A stretch of DNA of 64,000 nt from positions 36,633-100,632 of the IMG/VR virus record IMGVR_UViG_3300031867_000022. One strand, 5' to 3'. Position 1 is the first letter of the stretch. Each line of letters starts with the position of its first letter. Below are positions 51,801 through 64,000 of the stretch, piece by piece. The position numbers were made by a program, and so were the translations under genes. The notes under the pieces were generated by a model. The model saw only the letters and a program-made list of their open reading frames with translations. It did not search any database and was not told where the DNA came from. The stretch is from a virus. Taxonomy: Duplodnaviria > Caudoviricetes.

Positions 51801-54800
51801 AAAGAACCGTATACCGGTTTTACACCAGTAATATCAGCTTCACCTTCATAGAAAACATATGGATCGTTTTTAAGTTCTTCGAATTCAGGAGATCTTTTAT
51901 TTATATATCTGGTAACATCCGAAATGTAGTTGTTATCTGATATCTCATAGAACTTATTGTTTCCTGTAGCAAGTACTGTCAACTGATCGTGTGCATGTCT
52001 ATATGCGTACTTCCAGTTAGCAAGTTCTCTAATAAATGCAAGTTTTGAATATGCGTTTTCTATTTTTACTTTTTTACCTCTTATGTATACTTCCTGGTTA
52101 AGCTTTCCGTTAGACGCGGCATCTCTTAAGAATTGCAAGAATGACGTCATAGAATCCTGGAAGGATGTAGAAGAGAACATTCTAGATAACGCTTCGTAAT
52201 CAGTAGATCCGTATTTATGACGCAACATATAGTTGAACTCGTCACCACTAAACTGAATACCGATCATATTCAAAGCTTGTACGATCTTATCTTTTACAAC
52301 TTCTAATTGTTCTGGATTTTTAGGATTGTTGTAATAAGCAGACTTTCCGTTTATCTTAAGCTTCAAGTATTTATTGAATTCTCCACCAACTACAGCATTG
52401 GAAAGCCATTCTTTAATACCTACATCGGTGTAGCTAGATCCATTTTCAGCAGTTTTAATTTGCGCTCCGTGCGAGAATAAGTCTGATATTCTCTAGAACG
52501 TAAATTCTACTCCTTTTATGGCTGGATTAAATCTTAGAGACCCGTCTTGAGATACCTTTATGACAGGAGTACCTCCATTTACAAGCATTTGGTTCCATTG
52601 AGTAGGATAGAACGTCGCATTATAATCAGCATCAGTAGTTTGTATATTTATTCTCTATAAGCCATTTCCATTGTTATATGAAGTAGATCTTGCTATATCA
52701 AAATTATGCTTATTAGATCTGATAATATTCATCAGCTGTACAAGTAAAGCTTCCTGATCTGAGTTTCTTGTCATTACACCGTCTTTTACTGTATAAACAG
52801 ATTTATCAATCTTATCTATGGCTTTATAAAGACGACTGTAAAGAGGATCTTCTTTTGCAAGATATTCAAGTCTTGCTTTAAGTTCTGATATAGTATCAAT
52901 ATCGTGGAAGAAGTTTAAGAACTCGTTAAATACAACTCCAACAGGTGCATACTACGGCAAACCAAGTTCATTTAATGCTAGAACTTCTTTTTGCTTTACA
53001 ACGGGTTTACCGTCTTGACCAATTTCTTTTACTTTTTCGTATTTAGTATCTGGTATGGTGGCGAAGAAGAATCGCACTCTACTAGAAGTCTTACTAAACC
53101 TGCTGAATTCGTATGAACTTCTTGTGTGTTCACCTATGCTTGCATTTGTTACATCGTCTGATTGAGCATCTTCTGTAGAATCTTCTTCTATTTGCTTAAC
53201 AAAGTCAGTAGACAACACGGAGATGTCGTTCGCAATGTCATCACGCAAAACTTCATTGTCGAAGTTGTCGTATATCTCTTTCATTGCAAGCTGTCCAACA
53301 GTAGGAATATCAGTAGTATCTCCAAAGATGTCTATATTACCCTTCTTCAGTTTTTCTACACCTGCCAAGAATGTTTCTTTGTCTATATGCTTTCCTATTT
53401 CTTGGATATTTCTACCAGAAGGATCTACATTTTGACCATATAATATACAGAACATGACATTCTGACGGAGTTTATCGTACATAGGACGATTTACTATATG
53501 CTCAAAATCAATTCCGTGTATCTGACAATAAAGCTCATTATACAATCTATTAAAACGTTCTATAGCTTTCTTAGACGGTATAGCATTCTTATATTTGCCG
53601 TCATTTACTTTAATGAACGTCTTATATAAATCTCTATCGCTCCAATGCCACAGCATAGAAACCCAATCGTGAATCTTATTGTATATCTTAGTTAAGAACG
53701 GTATCTTTAAATCAGTCATATGATGCTGCATATGTTCCATGTAATGATCTGCAGCATATTCAGCAACTTCTCTAAAGGCTTGTTTATTTTCTTTTCCGTC
53801 TTGATATAATTCGACTCCGATGCGCTTTGCTATCTTCTTATATATAGCATCTCTTTCATGAGATGGCAATAACAATTCGAATACTCTATGAAATGCTTCG
53901 TGATATTCTACACCAGGCCAAGCATAACTAGAAAGAACAATAGCATCTGCTTTACAGTTACCTACAACATGAGCTGCTCCACTTGCTACTTTGATAAATG
54001 TAGATTGGAATTCTACAGGAACGTGTTCTCCAAGAATCTCGGCGATATGTTTACGAGCTTTCTCTTCCGATATAGGTTTGGTCTTCTTAGAAGGATCTGC
54101 TATTTTAAACAGGTCGTCTATACTACTTGTATCTATAACTGTCGATACACTTCCAATGGGAGTAGATTCCGGCATATTTGGCACAGATTGCACACCATTT
54201 GCACTAACATCTACTGGTTGTCCTCTGTCAATCATTGCATCTTTTATCTCAACATTAGCTCCACCCATATTCGCATATTGGGTACGAAGCATTCCATGCT
54301 TAAGATAGTATGCAAAACCGTTTACACCTTGTCTGGTAACACCTGATGGAGACTTAACTACTTTAAAGTCTTCAAGATCAAATTTAATGGCATCTGTTAT
54401 ATCAAGCGAAGTTATAGCACCGTTTTGTTCAACAAAGAACTGTCTTATACCACCAAAAGGAAGTGCTCCTGCTGCAGAGTTAAAAGAACCTAGTCTACTC
54501 ATTAAGACGTCGTGTCTTTCTGCAATAGACATAGATTGTAGTTCTGCTTTAAGTCTAGCAACATCTGCATCGACAGAAAGATCAAATCTGCCTCTTCCTG
54601 TAGTATTTGCAGCCAAATCTTGCCTCTTCATGATATAAACAACATTCTGATTGTTTGGATCTCGTATTATAGAGTCAAAATTACCAAGACGTTGAGGATC
54701 GTCGACAATAGGAATCATCAGATTGATAATCTGTCTAGGAGTAGCGTGCAGATTATAAGAAGTGCCATTTATTTCCTTAAAGTATGTTCTATCAAGTTGT

Positions 54801-57800
54801 GTAGGATTCTTTAGAGCTTCTACTATAAAGTCTGCATCGTTTGGAGACATTTTTACTCTGTCAATAGCCACATATACTTCGGAGTTGCTTCTTTCATTTT
54901 TAGGCATACGCTTTTTGTAGATAAGCGTACCCTGCTAAGAAGCCATCTTTATATTAGACCATTGTCCGATTGGCTTTCTATCAGTTTCGCTAGTATCGAA
55001 TGTAACTATTTGCCCATTGTTGTCTACAAATCCAAGAGAACCGTATGCGGCAGAAAACTCTATGTCGTATATATTCTAACCCGCAAACAAATCAGTATTT
55101 CTTACATCGTTGTAAGTAAGTTTACCGTCTTTATCTACAGCAAGATTTATTCTGCCATTAGTTCTATACATTGTCGCCTTTACCGGTACAATTTTTTCTC
55201 CAGGTTTTGCTTCAGATTGAAGTTGTTTTATTGTATCATACAACTTCTTTCCGTTTGGCATCCATGTGTTATTGTACTTAGAATCAATCAGCACTCTTTG
55301 CCAAGTCTTACCTTCAAACGAAATGTCGCAGTATATATCGTCTCCGTCTATATACAGCGTAATATCTGCGTCATCTATAAAGTTTGGAGCTATAGTAGCA
55401 AGTGCTAATTCTCTATCTCCGTTTATTCTTTGATAGTTTAGGTTAGTGTGACTAACATTACCTTGACTATCTCTTTTATTTGGTGCCTGTACAGTACCTA
55501 CGGCAGGACCTGCTTGTTGTTCTCTTTTCTTTTGTAGATCGCGTTTAGCTTCATTTTCAGCCTATTGAGTAGCTTTCAGTCTAGCCTGACTATAATCTGC
55601 TCTAAGATCTCTTAAGAATTGATCAAATTCTTCCAGCAATTTATCAGCTTCTGACAACTGCGAACGATATACGTCAATATCGTCTTTAAAGTTTTGGTTG
55701 TAGAGAGTCTGATTTACTTCTGCAACAATATTATTTACACGAGTAACAAAATCAGAATAAAGAAGCTTGCCTTGTTCGGACAATTCATTGAATACATCAT
55801 CTGTTATCTTTTCTTCTAGTTGTGACAATTTGTAGTCAATATGTCCTATTGAATTGTGTAAATCTTCTTTTATGTTCTATAAAGCCTAATCGTCTCTAGA
55901 TTCAATGCCGTCGAGAATACTTAACATCTTGCTACTAAAAGTAAGAAACACTCTAGGTTCTAATGTAGCACTATTTAGCCCTTTACCGGCTTCAGTAAAC
56001 TCGTAATCGTACTGAACCTTAATTGGAAGTATTTCTATAGAAGCTACATCAAATCCTTCTGCTTTAAGCATTTCTGCATAAGCTGTAAGCTGATTGCTAT
56101 AGTCTTCATACGAAGATAACTGTTGTCCATATTGTGCATTAGGAAGACTTACAAAAGGTCTTATTTTGTTTACAACAACAGCTCGACCGTTTTGCCACTC
56201 CAAATCTATTTTTGCGTTTTTATTATCGTCTTTGATAGCACGAAGAACGTTTCTGGCTTTTCTACTCAATCTACCAGAATCAGTATAAAAATCATCTTCT
56301 GTAAGTATGCCTAAATCGCTTTGATAAATAGATGTTAGCTGTATGTTTGGTGGATACGCATTCCAGAATGTGTACTTAGAAGTTTTAAAGTCTATGATAT
56401 GAATCTTTCCTTCTTTATCTACACCAATCATGTCAGTCTGACCAGCAACCCATCCAAGCTCATTGAACTTAGCTCTCCATGTAAACGGAAGGGTACTTAA
56501 CTTCCACCCTAATGTTTTAGTGTAATAATCATATTGATTCTGTAAATCGTGTATAAGATTTTTAAAGGCTTCTATATTACCTTTAAAAATTTCTTTATAT
56601 GTACGACCGTCTGATTCAGTAGTCCACTCGTTGAATATCTTTTCTATACCTTCTTCTGTTTGAGTATAGTCTGCAAATTCAAAAGAGCCAAAGAAGTTTC
56701 TTAAAAGTTCATCTATGACATTACCGACGTTAACAGATATTCCAGCTTTATGTTGATTATTTACTATTGCTTGAGAAAGATTTCTTATTGTTGTTTGATA
56801 TTCCTTTATTGAATCACCAGTAGAATTATCAAAGAACGCATTCTAGTTATCCTAAATGTATTGACGATATACGCGAATCTCTTTAAACTCGTCAGAATTT
56901 GGATTGACATATTCTGTTATTATATCTTCTACGTCCTTTAACGATTTAGCTTCTTTAAGTCGATTGTATATATCCTCTATCTGTTTATTTTGATCTGGAT
57001 GATTATACGATTCTGGCTTTACATTGTGCACACGAGAAGCTCTTACTATTTTTCCATCATTTTCGATAAAATAGTCTTGACTTGTGGTATTGTATCCGTC
57101 AGGATCGTTTTGTACAACTTTTTTATCCTCTTCATACTTTGCTTCCAGCATATCAAGAACATCCTGCTGAGGATCGTCATTGTGTACAATAGGTGGAGTA
57201 GGAGGAGTTGGTGGAGTAGACGGAGGAACAAGTCTATTTCTTCTTTCATAATAAGACTCAACCAAACTCTTATAATCAGTTCTCTTTTCTGGTTCTGGAG
57301 CTGGTTCAGGCCATCCGTTCTTTCTAGCTTCTTCGAATAAAGTTCTCTGACGACGCTCTATCATGCCTTCGGGAGTGAGCGGAAGTTGAGTGCCTGTAAT
57401 ATTAGCCCAAGCATCTCTAAACGCTCTACGGTCTTGTTCTGCGTTTCCTGCAGGAGTAATAGCGCCTCTATCTATTCTATTCAAAGGATCATCTGGATTA
57501 CCATCTTCGTATCTCCAGAGATAACCCATGTCATCTATAGTCTCATTATCTGCCAGACGTCTGTTTACATATCCCTGTTCGTTAAACGTTACTTGTATCT
57601 ATTCTCCTTTTGAGTTTAATACAGCTGTTTTCTTTCTTGGATTAATATCGCCAGACTACCATGCGTTTTCTTCGTCAAGATGTTCCGCTTTAAGATTTTC
57701 CTAGAATACTTGCTCTACTGCATATTCAAATGCGTCGTCTTTGTCTTTTACATTATCTATTTCAGATAAGACATCTTTGGCGTGGCCATCTTTATATCTA

Positions 57801-60800
57801 GTATTTCCGTTTTCATCTGTATAGGATTTCCCTATAAGATTTTCAAAGGATTCTTGTGCAGATTCTAATTCGTTTGCCCATTTTAAATATTCAAGATACG
57901 CCTCTCTTAATTCTTCATGCTCCTCTTCGTTGTATGCCAAATGGTCTTCTACATCAGATAATGTTTTTAATGTTTGTTTAGAGTTTATATTGTTTTGTAA
58001 AGCTGTTTGAGGAATGTATTGAACAGGAGTAACTCCGTCCAACTCATTTTCTTCAAACTAAACATTTCCACCAGATTTTCCTTGTACAGTAAATCCAAAT
58101 CCGTGAAGTAGATCTTTCTCGTTTTCTTTTATAAAAGAGTCAATTTGCGCATTTAATTTTTTTAATTGTGTTTTTAATCCTCTACGAACTCTAGCAAACT
58201 CATTATTTTCTTGAAGTTTTAACCCTTGTTCTATCTGATCCCTATATTTTAGCATTGCTGCAAGATAGGCAACTTGCTATGTATATTTAAGATTAGTATT
58301 TCCTTCTTCTATTTGAGCTTGTACATCGGCATCTTGTCTATCTATAAATTCTACTGTTTCTCCCCAACCTATCTGTTCTGCTAAATTTCTTTGTAATTTA
58401 TCTTCTGTTGCTGTCAATTTCATAGCAACGTTATGTACAGAATTTTGAAGATTGGTCGCAGCTTCGTCAACGTTTTCTTTTATTTCGTCAAGTCTATCCA
58501 TTGCTACAGCTACTGTAGCGACGTAATCATGATATTTAGAGTTTGATTTCCACGTAAGAGGATTGTTTTTTGTTCTTACGTTAATTCCTTGGTCTTCTGC
58601 AGATTGGCGTATTAGAGGATTCTTTGCTAAGCTTATTATACGTTCATATTTCTACTGAGCTTCGTCTATTTGTTGTGGAGCTATACCTACCTATCCGTTT
58701 GTCTATTGATATTCTTCGTTTATTTTACGAAGTCTATCAAACGAATTGAGCATATCTTGATGCCCGGGCTTAAACAATCCTTTGCTTAACCATTGTCTGT
58801 ATTGATCTCTCTGTGCAGTAGAAGACAGCTTATTGTTAAATATTTGTTCTGTAATAATATCAGCAGCTTTCTGCTGGCTAATATAAGGAACAATATTTTG
58901 AGCAACGTTTACCATTGCGGTTTGTCCCCAACCACCGAGCATACCTCCTTTTATTTCTTGCAAAAGATCTTGGTCTTTTATATTTATTACCCCAAGTCCG
59001 TCCAAAGGAATACCAAGCACATACGAACCCATTGTAAGTCCGTTTAATGCGTCTGTAAGAGCTATATCAAGCGTATTGTTTAATTCCGGGTTATTCTAAT
59101 AAGAATTCTTGTAAGCTTCTGCATTAGCATGCTGTTTACCTTCTTCAATACCTTCTGCAATAGTAGACTTAATAACCTTTCCGGTTATATCCTTCATATA
59201 CTACGCTCTAAGTCCTTTTTTTGCTGCTTGGTGCGCTGCTATTTTATCTAAATTCAACGCCTTTGCTGTTTTGCCAAGTAAAGACATCTCTTTAGCCATA
59301 TCGTGTGCAAGAGCTCCATACAATGTATGATCTGCAGCTCTTACTATAATATCCTTGTGTATTTTTGCTAAAGTTTTTACATATCTACCTACAGTAGCGT
59401 TTGCAGCTGCTGCGCCAGCACCTACTAAAGGACTAGCTAAACTACCAGCTTCCCAACCTTTTACTACATCTTCTCCAAACTTACTACGGAGAATCTTCTT
59501 CATTGTTGGGTTTGTTACAGCTTTTCTCCATGCCTTCGTGCCACGTACAAATCTATTCATCTTTGCAATAGCACCTACTGGTACTGCACCAAGAGCTGCA
59601 TCTATAGCAGCATCCCATGTAGTAGCGGCCATGTCTTGATTGAACAGATTTTCTACATCTCTTATATTTTCTGTTATAGCACGAAGCTTCTTGGGGTCAT
59701 CTAGTTTACCTGCAACAAGTTTGTCTATATCTTCATCCGTAAGATCGGTCTTCGCTTTTATTTTCTCTTTAGTAGCTAAGGCAACTTCTGCGTTGTTTTC
59801 AGAAACACCTGCTGCACGATTCATTGCAAAAGATCCTGCTGCGCCAAGAGCAGTAGCAAGTAATGCTCCACCACCTGTGGCAACATTGGCTGCAGCATAG
59901 CCTAAGATAGAAGAAAGCATGGCAGGAACCTACTTCATATAAGAACTAGAAGAACCACCGATAATGCCAGGCATTTTAAACAGATAGGTGTCTGGATCTG
60001 TAAAGTTTATACTAGTTCTATCTGCTCTTGCTTGGAACCAGTTAGATATCTTGTCTTTATGATACTTAGCATCACGCTCATTCTCTTCTATTACAGCATT
60101 CCATCCTTCGTTGAGATTATCATACTCCTGAAGAGCTCTATTAAGCATCTGACGTGTTTCTTTTCTATTTCTTGTACCTTTTCCAAGATCATATAAAAAT
60201 CTACGCGCATCGTTAAGTTCATCGTGAGCTGCAGTAACTTTACCTGCTGGATTTGCCCAATTACCACCAAATATACCATTACCGGACATTAAATCGTCCC
60301 AAGCAGCACCAACGCCAGATTGATTTACTGTATCTTCGAGTAGTTTTCTACTTGGAGCAAGACTCTAGTATTCAGCCAGTAAAGCATTCTTCTGTTGAAT
60401 AAGAGAAGTAGCCCTACCTCTTAAAGACTATCTATCTTCTGTAGATAAACCACCTTGTCCAAGAGCGTTGTTTATTTGTTCTAACTCTCCATCAATACTA
60501 TCAATATCGTCTAAGGTGTCTAACGAATGTAAATAGTCTCCTATTAAAGCTTTATCGTTCTATGAACGAACCTGATAACCTTTGGCGTCTTCTGCTTGAA
60601 GAGTATTCATTTCGCCAAAGAATGAGTTCCATTGATCTTTTAAAAGATCAGATACATCGTAATCTGCAGGTTGATTTGGTAAATCTCTGTTTTTAATGTG
60701 CTCATAAGCTTTTGCCATTCCCTGAGCACTGTTTCCAGATAACGCCAACGGCGTCCACGGACCAACAGATTGTATTGCATGATCAACGTTTTCACTTGCT

Positions 60801-61036
60801 TCAGCTCTATCTTCCTGCTTTTTTCTTTCCCATTCAAGCTCTTCGGCATTCTGACGCCAATATTCTGCTGAGTCAGAATCAATCGAACCAGCTCTAGTTC
60901 GATCGTGCGATTGTATCGCTGTACCAATGTCCGAAATAGAATCAAGGTTACGCAAGATTGCGTAACCCTATTCTAATTCAGGATCATACGAGTACCTAGC
61001 TTTTTTTGTACTCGATTTCCTTGTTCTTTTGGCCAT
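45893..61036 (-). CDS. Virion RNA polymerase polyprotein (~5047 aa, TAG-recoded) with PD-(D/E)XK and HExxH domains
   Basis: Over 20 ORF fragments share one frame from ATG 61036 to TAA 45893. RIPTQ and GSDFDIDK (double-psi-barrel DxDxD) near 48660-48800; HEAFH near 53900; GQTD...DFKTS...QL.AY near 56080-56450. Gaps spot-checked only. Confidence 0.85.
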
Positions 61037-61051
61037 AATAAACTTTATTTA

Positions 61052-63028
61052 TTATTTTATACGTTTAATAAGAGACTCTGCTAGTCTACTTGGTCGTTGT
61101 CTAACGGTTTCAGAACCTTTAAGACGTTCGTCTGTTGCACTATTAACGTTTGCGTGAGTATAGCTTCCAGTAGAATATTTAGTTATTATTGGAACTATAT
61201 AACTATTTTCGCTTTTTACTATTCCCGCTCTTTTCTTTTCTTCGTCGCTCCATCCGTCTAACTCGTTTACAACATCAGAATCAGAGAATATAACTTTTTG
61301 TGTTATTATGTTGTATTTAGTTTTATCTATAACGCCACTTCCGTATTCTCTGCCACTTTCTGTTTCGGAAGTCACTTTATAATTCTTGCCACGAAGCAGC
61401 CTATTCAGCTTGCTTATTTTACTATTGTGTCTATAAGATCTAGTTCCTGTAAAATCTGCTTCTGACACAGGTGCGAATTCCGTTCCTCTTGTAACAGTGC
61501 CAACCTTGCTTCCGTCATCAGGATTTTCAACTATTCCCAATACGCGATTCATATCCTCTCTTGCGCCAGAATCCAAAGGACTGCTCAATATATTCTACCT
61601 ATAAAACGCTTCACGAGCTTTATTCATAAGAGTTTCTTCTGACTATATTTTTCCCCACGGAGTATTTTCTCCGATAGAAGAACTGTATCTGTCCCAAGCA
61701 GAGCTGTCTGTAGATTTATTGTATGCATCCATCCACGTTCTTAACTCTGGAGATGGATTCTGTTCGAATTTCTGTATAGTTTGTTTGGCTATTCGTTTAT
61801 CTCTTTCTGACGATTTTGGATCTTTTAATGTTAAACTTGCGCGTTTGTATCTATCAGCTCTAGCTTTATCGCCAATCCTGAGTTTCAAATCTCCACCGAG
61901 CTTAGAGAATGCAGCAGCTTCTTTATCTTTCAGATCCTTTTCAAATTCTTCTCTCACGGCCATATATTGTCTATCTTGATCCGAAGCTACCATTGTAGAC
62001 GTTCCTTTGGTAGGTAAGTTATTAGAACCATATGAACCTGATCCGCTGCCGTTTCCACCTGCGCCAGGAAGAGGATTGCCGTTTTCATCTACGTTATATT
62101 GCATCATGTCCATCAACATATCCCAGTTAGCTTTACGCTCTCTGAGAGCCTGATCTCGCTTACTTAATTTAAGCTGTTCAGATTTATAGAAATTATCGTC
62201 GTAATCGCTCTTCTCATATATTCTTCTGCGCTGACCATCGACTACAGCATTATTAAACATGTTGCGTGCTTCAGCGAGATCTCCTCCAGCCAAATCTGTA
62301 TAATATTTATACATAAGCTGACCTTGTGGAGTACTTACGAGCTCATTAAAGTGTGCATCAGCTATCGTTCTAAGATCGTTTTCGTCAATCTTTTCTACGC
62401 TATATTCAATGCCGTTTTTACTTTCTCTGCGTACATTAGGCTTCATTCCTTCAAAATAAGGATTGCCAAATGTAGCCATATCAGTAATACGAGTAGGACT
62501 CATCTTATTCCACACACCAGATCCAGAAACAACGTTTCCGTTTTCATCAAGCCTATCTAGAGTACTGTACGTTTTTATATCTGGACCATCATACTTAGCC
62601 AACAGAGGATTATATAAACCTTGAGCTTCGAGTTGTTTACGAGCCTTTAAGAATTCTTCAGCATTCTTAGCACTGCTTCTAAGCATGTTTACGGAACCTA
62701 CATCTATACTGTTTATGAGCTATGATATAGCAGCTCTACCTTGAACACTTCTTGTAGGATCTATACCAGCTTCATACATTCTTTGTATAGTACCTCTAAC
62801 CTTGTCTATAACATTCTTGTTATACCACTCTTGGTCAGCTAATATAGGAGTGACAAAGTTTCCGTATTCTTTGTTGAACTCCTTCATATCTTCCAACCCC
62901 CTTACATAGTCTCGATATAGCGCATCAGCGTACTGATTCTACGCCTATAAGACCATGCCGGCGGTTGTTGGATCGAATATCTACTGTCTTCCATATTCGA
63001 TCGGTTTTTCAAGCCCTAAGAATACCAT
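61052..63028 (-). CDS. Putative virion cargo protein (658 aa, TAG-recoded)
   Basis: ATG 63028 (MVFLGLEKPIEYGRQ(TAG)IFD); fragments 61643-62686 and 61052-61588 are in frame; position next to RNAP. Confidence 0.8.
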
Positions 63029-64000
63029 TATCTCCAAGTATTAAGTGTGTAAGTAGGCATCCAAGTGTTTTTCGGCTTATATGTAAAAGGATCGTCTAAT
63101 TTAAGCTTTGGAGCACCCCTCTACCAAGATGGCAAAAGACTTATGTAGCCGGCTGGAGATTTTGTAGTCGTATTAGTTTCTCCACCATTATCTTTTAACC
63201 ACTATTGAATGTCTAACCATTGTCGGTTTTCATACAACTTCATCAGTCTTTCTTTATAATCCTGTGCACGATCGTATCGTGTCGTTTTGAATATGTCTGC
63301 AAATCCTCCACCAATAGCGTCCAACATATTTTTACGATCCGTTCTCATAGCAAGATCTCTAGCAGCATTTGCTTGCTGCCATGCCTGATGCCTATTCCAA
63401 GCATTTTGATTATTTACATCAACTTCGTGACTGTTTACATTTGCTAGAATTTGTCTTCCCGCGTTACGTTGACCTCTGTTAGCCTCTTCTACAGCAAGTC
63501 TTGTTTTAGCATCTTGAGCAAGCTTACTCTTAAACAAAGAAGTAGAACCAAGTAGACGTCCGCCGAGGCCGAGACCGGGATTTCTTTGCATGTCCCACAA
63601 AGCCTGTTTATAGGCTCTAAAAGATTGATCTAAATATGGACGCACACTTTCCTAATCTCCAATCATCTGACTGGCTATCTGTTTTGCTCCAGAATAATCT
63701 GCACTTATATCCGGTACAACCACAGCAGCATTTCTGTCAGTGTTATACTATTGCATACTATCGAGGAACTATCCGAAATGAGGAAGAGTAGCCAAAGCGT
63801 AATCCCCAAGTCCGAGTTTAAATCCAGGCAACTTGCCGTTCTTATATTTATTCTTATACTGTTTCATTAATACATCTTGCATGTTTAATGCTCCCTCTAT
63901 ATCTCCTGTTGTAGCAGCATAATCAGATAAACCGAACTTGTTGCTTATTACAAAATCACTAGGCCTGAGGGCAGCTAGTTTAGTATCTTTATTGTTGGGT
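63028..64000 (-). CDS. Putative virion cargo protein, partial (TAG-recoded)
   Basis: Fragment 63202-63645 is in frame with TAA 63028-63030, which overlaps the next ATG (TAATG). Confidence 0.7.

Noticed and set aside
42987-63447. Plus-strand ORFs in the track (e.g. 48596-49357, 49784-50752)
   Set aside because: Antisense shadows of the recoded genes, with F/I/S-rich implausible composition.
38595-64000. Fragmented minus-strand ORFs as pseudogenes or many small genes
   Set aside because: Fragments share frames, the breaks checked are all TAG, and a CUA tRNA is present; recoding explains them.
1-64000. Reverse transcriptase/DGR, integrase, terminase or major capsid genes
   Set aside because: No recognisable motifs in this window; the packaging and capsid module presumably lies outside it.

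Overview
A 64-kb segment of a crAss-like (Crassvirales-type) phage genome. The host is probably Bacteroidota: start codons sit in A-rich, SD-less contexts and the tmRNA looks Bacteroidetes-like. Two genetic codes are used. Late genes (1-2431 minus, 5945-8340 plus, 38595-64000 minus) are interrupted by in-frame TAG codons that read best as Gln. Joining their ORF fragments gives a ~5047-aa virion RNA polymerase polyprotein, a ~2430-aa ejection-type protein, an amidase endolysin and others, and a CUA-anticodon suppressor tRNA lies at 3193-3267. Early/middle genes (8516-38532 plus) have no internal TAG in their long ORFs and use TAG as a stop. They include an ECF sigma factor and a PolB/helicase/primase/SSB replication module. 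The most unusual content is non-coding: a ~2.15-kb ORF-free, hairpin-dense candidate giant RNA (21720-23880); a compact circularly permuted tmRNA; a tRNA body with a ~113-nt extended anticodon domain; several anticodon-less tRNA mimics at gene junctions; a hammerhead ribozyme; and a GARYC-N3-GARYC motif at the start codons of replication genes that also clusters in a non-coding stretch (possible translational regulon with a decoy RNA). ECF-type promoters (TGCAAC-N16/17-ACGTTA) sit upstream of the recoded late operons and the suppressor tRNA. All calls come from manual reading; no searches or folding programs were run.
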